Part shown: positions 54,831 to 64,000 of the stretch, piece after piece
How positions within the stretch are numbered: position 1 is the stretch's first letter
How the letters are laid out: each line of letters opens with the position of its first letter
Assembly: GCA_024704765.1 (NCBI GenBank)
Contig: JAKMXF010000055.1
Coordinates: 823,264-887,263 of the forward strand
Length of the DNA stretch: 64,000 nt
From: Oopsacas minuta
Lineage: Eukaryota > Animalia > Porifera
Direction: 5' to 3'
The notes under the pieces: model-generated
The model's input: the letters and a program-made list of their open reading frames with translations, nothing else
The model's database searches: none
Told to the model about the DNA's origin: nothing
Translations under genes and position numbers: made by a program

Positions 54831-55661
54831 AAATATACTACTTTTACAAAGTTCAAGTACATCTGTCATTCAAAACCTCATGCCAAATTTAGATAAGCCT
54901 CATAAATGTACTCTTAACATGTATTAACCCGACAGTATAAATTTCATAGATATCAAGTTCGCCTGCATATCTGGAAATGTACATGACGCAATCACAGGCC
55001 ATTCGTATCAAATATTTATGGGTCAATTAACTATTTAAAAGGTCAATAAGATAATCTACATGATATTCATAGAATCTGTGATATTATGAATATATGTTAT
55101 ATACAGTGCACTCCATTAAACTATAGTAATAAACAAAGCTTGAAAATTTGACTCCATTATCGCATATACAATCTACCGAAAATATGTATTTTATCTGATT
55201 TGAACCAACTCCTTAAATATGATGAAAAGACATAAGTGTAGGCCTCCGTGCTGGTCTGAAATCTCATTAAATACTTCACAAATATACTAATAAAATGGTG
55301 AAAACTTTCAAGCAATAGATCTGCAGTGTACCAAACAATCGTGGCGTAACAGGATAAATACTTCCAATGAAGAGTTCAATTAACGGAATGCAAGTGGATA
55401 ATCATAGAAAGCCAGCGAGCAACACAAATTAACATTTTCCAAATAGACAAGTGGAAGAGAAGATATCGAGGTAGCTAATCATTGGGAGATGGAAACAGAT
55501 AATTATTCAAGAAGAATAGTGAAAAAACACAATAAAAACTGATGTTACATAGGTGTAATAAGATCGCTAAGAGTGGAAGGAATGTATTGAGAACAACGAA
55601 ACAAGACACAAAATATCATCAGCCATTTGTCGAAACAGCAAATAATGAGGCCCACTGGACA

Positions 55662-58600
55662 TCATTCAACTACATTACCCAAGAGCACATGATTAAAAAC
55701 CGCAATCAATTTTGGCAATAAATTTAATTTATATTTTAGATCAGGGGTCAGCAATATCTGAGTCTGCGGAGCAAATTGAGTCACTTAGCCTATTACCTAA
55801 ACAGCGGCGCTCGCAATTATCTGTCGACCAGGGGCAGGCTAGGGCGAGATCAAATTATATAATAGACAGTGCTGGTTCGAGTATCTGGCATCCTCTGTAC
55901 TGGACGGGGCCAGCATTTCCAATTCTGGGGCAAATGGCCCTTTCCTCACCCTGAGACAGCCATGTACCCGGTCCGAACGATAGATATTATTGAGCTAAAT
56001 ATGTCAATTAGATTTATTTCCTAAGATTAAGCAATCTTCGATTCCCAATGATTTGTCCACTGTGCTAGCGGGTCGAACTAAATATTACTGATTAATTTCC
56101 TATAAGAAAAACGAGAAAGAAGCTAGCAGCCAATTCAAATGAAAAATCGAGTTCACTTCAATCGTTTATCTGACCGACTTACAGTATAGCTAAAGAAATA
56201 ATTAGTTATTGGTCGAAGTAGAGCGTTGGTGGAGTAAGAAAATGTCATCCGAATTGTAACATAGCATTGAGAGTTTGAAAACTTTCCATTCGTGTCAACT
56301 TTAATGTGTTATTTGACCGGCTTCTCATTACTATTTTGATATAAGTTTCCTCTACATACTATTGACGGCTGGTGGATTATGTGCTGAAGATTACTTTTTA
56401 AAATACTTATTACTTTTTGAAATATTGTATTTTGAAAAATTCAACGAAGAAGTTAGACTAGGGTCACTTAAGTCACTAATTTGACTCACTTATACTCGTC
56501 AGATTTAAACGAAATTAGCATCATTGGAAAGAGGAGAGTTGAACGTTTTAAGCAATATGTTTGATTTTGCAAACTTTTTGTGCTTAAAAATTTTTGTGTA
56601 ACGGCTCCCTTGAATTCACATACCTAAGAGTCAGAATTCGATTCTGAAATTATATATGGATACTTTGGTGGTATGGACGTTTATGAAAATTAACTTTCAT
56701 TAAAAATATTAACAACTCGCGGAGCTAGAGGTAATCAATTTTTAAGGCAGGAGCGAGAGTGGTAGGGCATGAATCATATTGTACATACAGTAGTGTCGTT
56801 TCATTCTCCTGTTTCTTACCCTAAATCCGACTTAATTTTCAATTATTTTATGCTAATCGATAGTTAAGACATAGAAGTTTATAACAATATCAATATTTTA
56901 CAAATTATCACCACAACGGCTTGCAAAAATTGATAATTTCTGAGGCTTTCGTGTATTACGAAATATAACTTATTTCTCTTCGGAGCCCCTTCAAAATTTA
57001 TACATACCTTCGTTCGTACCTTATAATTCAATTTACTTAAAAAGGAGGTCGTTAGTCATTTTTAAATATTTGTATATTTGTAATTATTTTGTTTACTCCA
57101 TTTTTCTCAGTTGCTTGACTATAAATGATTGCGTTGTATGATGGGAATTATTGCATAGACTATAATCGTAGAACTATACAACACTTGCTTAGATCATTAG
57201 TACGTATAGGACGTCATTCCGTCATCTTGTTATAGTTCTCATTTGCAAATTGTTTCAAACATTTAAGGACTTCTTTGTAGTTAACCTACATACAAAAAGA
57301 ATTGATATACGTTACTTATGTAATAACACAGATAATTAACATTTTAGCATACACCCTTAAATTATTGAATTTGTTCTTCAAGATGGTTCAAAGAGATAAA
57401 TTTAGAGAGTAATCAAAGCTATTTTATCATTTATAACTTAAGCAATATACAAATATCAGCATACGTTCTGCAATGAATGACTCGTCGTGTCTGAAAATAT
57501 TCCAAAATCAGAAACATATTTTACTCTGTATGATTCTTACTATTTATTGTCTAAACACCTGAATGTCATACATATATTGCACACACTACTTGTAATTTGG
57601 CATAGGGGAACCAAGAACCAGTGCATAAATAGAGAATATTACATTTTCTGTTTATGCATGTCCTGCACTTGATACAAGATACCTGATTTGTACATATATG
57701 AAATTATTTACAGTAACTGAACTATTAAATTATGGGATAAGAAATAGATTCGCCAATGTACAGTCTCAGGACAAAAGTATTCGACTACACAAATATATTG
57801 TTATAAATTGTATACTCTTTCCAGCTCCTATATATTGTGTAGTCTATATTCGTAGCTGTAATCTAGTACCTTGTATAGGATAACCTATGTTTTTCAAGAA
57901 TTTCAATAAAAATTTTTGACTTACACTCTTTGAAGGTGTTGATTATTATTAATTATTGGATAATTATTGATAATCAAAATATGTGGTGATCCAAAACCTA
58001 CTAAGAATCTATAATTTACGACTTGATATTTGAATTCTAGTAGGCGAGTTACCCCAGTTTAAAATTTTCAATGGGATTGAACTATTTTTGCCAAAGTATT
58101 GAAGAGTTTCAATTTGTGCCATTTGTGTAACCTTTTGCGAAGGTGGCACAAGTGGCCGTTACCAAGACGTTATTTATAATTCAAGGATTAGCATAGTCAT
58201 ATCATTCGAAATATTACTTTGACATATTCCTCCTAACCCTGGTTGATTTCCTTGTAGTGGCGCTTATTCCTGCCACCTGTGCCACTTTTTGAAAAAGCTG
58301 CACAAATTGAAACTCTTCAATAACTTTGGCAAAAATAGTTCAATCCCATTGAAAATTTTAAACTGGGGTAACTCGCCTACTAGAATTCAAATATCAAGTC
58401 GTAAATTATAGATTCTTAGTAGGTTTTGGATCACCACATATTTTGATTATCAATAATTATCCAATAATTAATAATAATCAACACCTACAAAGAGTGTAAG
58501 TCAAAAATTTTTATTGAAATTCTTGAAAAACATAGGTTATCCTATACAAGGTACTAGATTACAGCTACGAATATAGACTACACAATATATAGGAGCTGGA

Positions 58601-60755
58601 AAGAGTATACAATTTATGACAATATATTTGTGTGGTCGAATACTTTTGTCCTGAGACTGTGCATTGGCGAATCTATTTCTTATCCCATAATTTAATAGTT
58701 CAGTTGCTGTAAATAATTTCATATATGTACAAATCAGGTATCTTGTATCAAGTGCAGGACATGCATAAACAGAAAATGTAATATTCTCTATTTATGCACT
58801 GGTTCTTGGTTCCCCTATGCCAAATTACAAGTAGTGTGTGCAATATATGTATGACATTCAGGCGTTTAGACAATAAATAGTAAGAATCATACAGAGTAAA
58901 ATATGTTTCTGATTTTGGAATATTTTCAGACACGACGAGTCATTCATTGCAGAACGTATACTGATATTTGTATATTGCTTAAGTTATAAATGATAAAATA
59001 GCTTTGATTACTCTCTAAATTTATCTCTTTGAACCATCTTGAAGAACAAATTCAATAATTTAAGGGTGTATGCTAAAATGTTAATTATCTGTGTTATTAC
59101 ATAAGTAACGTATATCAATTCTTTTTGTATGTAGGTTAACTACAAAGAAGTCCCTGAATGTTTGAAACAATTTGCAAATGAGAACTATAACAAGATGACG
59201 GAATGACATCCTATATGTACTAATGATCTAAGCAAGTGTTGTATAGTTCTACGATTATAGTCTATGCAATAATTCCCATCATACAACGCAATCATTTATA
59301 GTCAAGCAACTGAGAAAAATGGAGTAAACAAAATAATTACAAATATACAAATATTTAAAAATGACTAACGACCTCCTGTTTAAGTAAATTGAATTATAAG
59401 GTACGAACGAAGGTATGTATAAATTTTGAAGGGGCTCCGAAGAGAAATAAGTTATATTTCGTAATACACGAAAGCCTCAGAAATTATCAATTTTTGCAAG
59501 CCGTTGTGGTGATAATTTGTAAAATATTGATATTGTTATAAACTTCTATGTCTTAACTATCGATTAGCATAAAATAATTGAAAATTAAGTCGGATTTAGG
59601 GTAAGAAACAGGAGAATGAAACGACACTACTGTATGTACAATATGATTCATGCCCTACCACTCTCGCTCCTGCCTTAAAAATTGATTACCTCTAGCTCCG
59701 CGAGTTGTTAATATTTTTAATGAAAGTTAATTTTCATAAACTCCATACCACCAAAGTATCCATATATAATTTCAGAATCGAATTCTGACTCTTAGGTATG
59801 TGAATTCAAGGGAGCCGTTACACAAAAATTTTTAAGCACAAAAAGTTTGCAAAATCAAACATATTGCTTAAAACGTTCAACTCTCCTCTTTCCAATGATG
59901 CTAATTTCGTTTAAATCTGACGAGTATAAGTGAGTCAAATTAGTGACTTAAGTGACCCTAGTCTAACTTCGTTGAATTTTTCAAAATACAATATTTCAAA
60001 AAGTAATAAATATTTTAAAAAGTAATCTTCAGCACATAATCCACCAGCCGTCAATAGTATGTAGAGGAAACTTATATCAAAATAGTAATGAGAAGCCGGT
60101 CAAATAACACATTAAAGTTGACACGAATGGGAAAGTTTTCAAACTCTCAATGCTATGTTACAATTCGGATGACATTTTCTTACTCCACCAACGCTCTACT
60201 TCGACCAATAACAAATTATTTCTTTAGCTATACTGTAAGTCGGTCAGATAAACGATTGAAGTGAACTCGATTTTTCATTTGAATTGGCTGCTAGCTTCTT
60301 TCTCGTTTTTCTTATAGGAAATTAATCAGTAATATTTAGTTCGACCCGCTAGCACAGTGGACAAATCATTGGGAATCGAAGATTGCTTAATCTTAGGAAA
60401 TAAATCTAATTGACATATTTAGCTCAATAATATCTATCGTTCGGACCGGGTACATGGCTGTCTCAGGGCGAGGAAAGGGCCATTTGCCCCAGAATTGGAA
60501 ATGCTGGCCCTGTCCAGTACAGAGGATGCCAGATACTCGAACCAGCACTGTCTATTATATAATTTGATCTCGCCCTAGCCTGCCCCTGGTCGACAGATAA
60601 TTGCGAGCGCCGCTGTTTAGGTAATAGGCTAAGTGACTCAATTTGCTCCGCAGACTCAGATATTGCTGACCCCTGATCTAAAATATAAATTAAATTTATT
60701 GCCAAAATTGATTGCGGTTTTTAATTATGTGCTCTTGAGTAATGCAATTGAATGA
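55662..60755. repeat. 5.1-kb near-perfect palindrome (arms 55662-58156 and 58272-60755, 115-bp spacer)
   Basis: Mirror ORF pairs in the track (55712/60705, 57487/58933, 57698/58722; coordinate sums 116417-116420). By-eye comparison shows about 16 substitutions and 4 small indels outside the innermost ~40 bp. Confidence 0.98.
57761..58659. mobile_element. Long-TIR MITE, copy B (899 bp), at the centre of the palindrome, opposite orientation to copy A
   Basis: TA+CAGTCTCAGGACAAAAGTATTCGAC...GTCGAATACTTTTGTCCTGAGACTG; arms and spacer homologous to 27621-29762. Confidence 0.93.
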
Positions 60756-62956
60756 ACGATTGAAGTGAATACTTTTCATTGAATTGGCCGCCAAATCCCA
60801 AACTGGAAAAATCAACAAGATTACCAAATTTATATTCAAACAATTCACAATAAATCCTCTGTTCAATACCCAAGAATGCTATCTTGGTTCGAAAGTTGGT
60901 GCCGGACACTTTGCGTGCGTAATTATAATCTTGAGCACGACAATCAGAAAATGGAACATCCAGGCTTTGTAATATAGTCTCCGCAATTTGTAGTCCTGTT
61001 TTTTTTTATCGCCTATTTATTTAAAAGCATATCATTCATGGGATAACGTTGACGTTAGTCACTGGTGAGATACTCCAACTCAAAGTTGTTTGTTCCATAA
61101 TAGCAGAATCGGGTCTTCTATCAACTATCACAGAAAATATACCTCACTTTCATTTCAAATAAGGCAACACTAATTAGGTGTATGAAGATTCGGGATGAAG
61201 ATCGCTGGGAGAGTGTTCGATAAACCATTTATTTCCTCAAATTCCTATTAAGTATCCTGATGGTGCCATCAATTGATATTTTAGGGTATTTTGGCATATT
61301 CAATTTCTAACATTCATAATACTCATAATACTCAATACATTAAGAGCAAGATCAATACTGTGTTTGCCAGGTTCACTGCCCTGACCTTTGGTGTTAGGGT
61401 AGTGAACCAGAACTGAAGATACAAAATGCACGACAACCATGGGATACAAACATATCTACCAATTGGGTTGCTAAAGGGGATACTGACAATCGCCCTGGCT
61501 TTGCCAGCAAGCTCTAACTACTCATATGTAACGAAGGAATTTCTTTCATTTTCTATATATTTGATCCATTAGGATAGTGGTTCTCAACTTTGTTTTATCG
61601 GACCCAATATAATTGATCAAAGGAGTGGTCGGGAGAAAGTTAAGAACCAATGCTGCCGAAGATTACATGTGGATCAGTGAAAACAATTGTGTAATCAGGA
61701 TAAGTTAAATAAAGGGAATCATTATAAATTCCAAAAGACGAATACATTTTCTCCAACGTATTGTAGGGCAATTATAAAATTAATAAGTGTGAATCAACTG
61801 AACATAGTTGTTATCTAGGGCACAAGAGTAAATCTAGTTCCTTGGGGTGTCAGTTAGGGAGTCATAAAAGAGTAAAGTCCCGACTGTGAGATTCAAATTC
61901 GTATAGGCTCAATATGTCCTAACAGAGTCTCTGCGAGAAGTGCAAATACATATTATTCGTAATATTTAGAGAGATGTATCAAACAAACTAGATATCTAGC
62001 ATAATGTCAAAAGCATAAATTAAACATAACCGAACAAAGTCATTTCACCATAAATGGCTAGCAAGGGGGCAATGCAGGGGAAATAAAATATTGAATTATG
62101 AATAAAATGGACTAACTTATACTCACCAAGAGAAATTCTTCTTCCCTGTTCGAAATATCTAGGAGAAGAGGTACAAAGTCTTGGATGAAGGACCTAGAAG
62201 GATAAAGGCGAAAATGGGAAGAGCTGAAGGAGATATACTTCCATAAGAATAATTACATACCAAAATAAGTTAATATTAGGAAAGTCGCCGACAGAGTGCG
62301 ATAGCCATGGTAGTTCACATACACATCACATGTGCAACCATGAAGCAAACAAATTTGTGTCGTCAGTGCATAAAGCAATCGCGCTTTACTTATTAGCTCT
62401 GTGCAGACTGGATGTACACATTGGGCTGGGCAATTAGTTTGTCGAATTAAGCAAGAGTATGGAATCAAAAATTACAATCTGGCACTTGGGAGCCGTAAGG
62501 ACTAGTAGCAGCATAAGATATATATATAATCAGCACCGCACCATCACATTACGAAATTAATAAAAATGTTAACCAATAATCAGTGGATATTATTAGTCAA
62601 TCTTTAAAACTGTAAATTGACGAATGTTAGCCAGTTCATTGCAATGTCGCACATTGTTCGGTCACGAATTGTTACTCAGTAATCATAGGATATTATTAAT
62701 AATCCTTGAAAATCAATTGGAGAATTTAACCGTTTAATGAAATGTCAAAATAATTAATCAGTAATCATCGGGAATAGTGAGTTGATACTTAATTCTTTAC
62801 AAAAGATTAATTGGAAAATATTCACTATTGATTCTAATGTTGCCCATTGTTTGGTCACGAAATATTAATCAGTGATCATCGAATGTCATTAGTGAATTGA
62901 CTGAAATCATCGAAAATCTAAATTGAAAGCTTGACGATGTTTTAATGTCGGACATA

Positions 62957-63650
62957 CTAGGGCGTTCAATAAGTCTTGCGGGGGATATCATAGAATATGA
63001 TACAAACACTACACACACTAATTCACTATATTATTTATTCAAAAGTAATCCCCTCCTGCAGATTCACAAAGTTTTAACCTTTCCACCCACTTGTAAACAC
63101 ATTTCTGTACTCTTCTTCGGGGATGGATTTGAAGTACTGGTACAGGCCCGTTCCGAGTGCTTGTAATGTGTTAAAATCTTTGCCTTGAAGGTAGATTTTA
63201 AGTTTGAGGAATATCCAAAACAACACGGAGTTAGGTCTGGTGAGTATGATGGATGGGGAAGTAATTCTAACCCTTCTACATCCCAGAAATTTTTGATAAG
63301 CTTAGCTGTATGGGAACTGGCGTTATCAATTAAAATCTTCATTCCTCGAGTTCCGGTTTTCGGGCGGTACTTTTCTATATTTTTTATCAAATTTGGAAGC
63401 ACTTGCTCTGTAAAATAAGGAGCAGTAACAGCCTTGCCACTCTCACAAGATAATTGCAAGACAATTCTATGACTACTGAAGAAGATGGTATACATAATCT
63501 TAGGTTTCTGAAGTCGGGTATAGGAATTTTCGCCGGTTGTTCGTCGCCCCTCACCCATGATAGCTTCTTATACTTGCTATATGGCGTTGAATAGGACCGA
63601 CGTCTCGTCACCGGTAATAATCTTTTTTAGGCGTGTTCCGTGAGATTGTA
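62957..63650 (-). mobile_element. 5'-truncated mariner (DD34D)
   Basis: TA+CTAGGGCGTTCAATAAGTCTTGCG TIR. Minus strand reads TGDET..., LIDNASSH, PSYSPDLTPC, GGDYF; sequence upstream of ~63650 is unrelated. Confidence 0.9.
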
Positions 63651-63704
63651 ACTCATCTATATTAAACGACTGTGAATTTGCAGGATATTCGACCAGGACA
63701 ATTT

Positions 63705-64000
63705 CAGTCACTAATTTGACCTACTTGTACTCATCAGATTACTCGAAATTAATATCATTCGGTAGCGGATAGTTGGGCGTTGTATAAAATATAATTTTCT
63801 TAAACATTTTTTGACTTTTACCTATCTATTTTGTCATGACGAGTAGGGTCGCTTCTCTATTAAATCGACGACCTAAAAGTAAGGATACAAATCTGAAATT
63901 TTGTGTCTATATCTGTGACCCATGGACGTTTATGTAAACTAAATTTCATCCAAAAATTCCTAAAACTCGAGGAGATACAAGTATTCAAAGTTGAAGTCAG
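63705..64000. repeat. Dispersed repeat family (also 56470-56715, its mirror near 59.7-59.95 kb, and ~5520-5620 inverted)
   Basis: Shared GTCACTAATTTGAC..ACTT.TACTC.TCAGATT (56472, 63707) and ATGGACGTTTATG (56673, 63922; reverse complement at 5580). Confidence 0.55.

Noticed and set aside
55330-55600. RTE-like LINE remnants here (SWRNRI..SNEEF) and at 61840-62200 (KYLGEEV)
   Set aside because: Single weak motifs amid many stops.
55712-60705. Three pairs of identical or near-identical ORFs (55712/60463, 57487/58748, 57698/58537) as duplicated genes
   Set aside because: They are by-products of the palindrome, lie in MITE or repeat sequence, and show no recognisable domain.
55662-60755. The palindrome as a single Foldback-type transposon mobilised by the NOF-like transposase
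   Set aside because: No TSD at the outer ends, the arms consist of unrelated repeat fragments, and the centre is an independent MITE.
61100-61310. PIF/Harbinger transposase fragment on the minus strand (IDGTIRILNR..*MVY)
   Set aside because: One short motif only.
62550-62900. CRISPR array
   Set aside because: Repeats are degenerate and irregularly spaced, the context is eukaryotic, and there are no cas genes.

Overview
AT-rich eukaryotic (metazoan-like) DNA that is essentially a transposon graveyard. I found no intact host gene, rRNA, tRNA or CRISPR array, and most short ORFs in the track are antisense shadows or broken transposase pieces. Recognisable elements: eight Tc1/mariner (ITm) copies spanning four catalytic classes (DD34D x3, DD37D x2, DD37E-family x2, DD41D x1), three DUF4371/ZMYM-type hAT elements, four Mutator-type remnants (one NOF-like with a C-terminal OTU protease, one with a C-terminal RING finger), a RAG1/Transib/Chapaev-like transposase remnant, CR1- and L2-like LINE remnants, and several MITE families. 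The most striking structure is a 5.1-kb near-perfect palindrome (55662-60755; ~2.5-kb arms, 115-bp spacer) centred exactly on an 899-bp long-TIR MITE, whose second copy at 27621-29762 has much more divergent arms. Also notable are a decayed spliced fragment resembling the huntingtin N-terminal exons (minus strand, 23.4-24.2 kb) and a run of 12 consecutive transposase ORFs on the + strand from 19 to 55 kb. All family assignments come from motifs read by eye; no alignment or database search was run.
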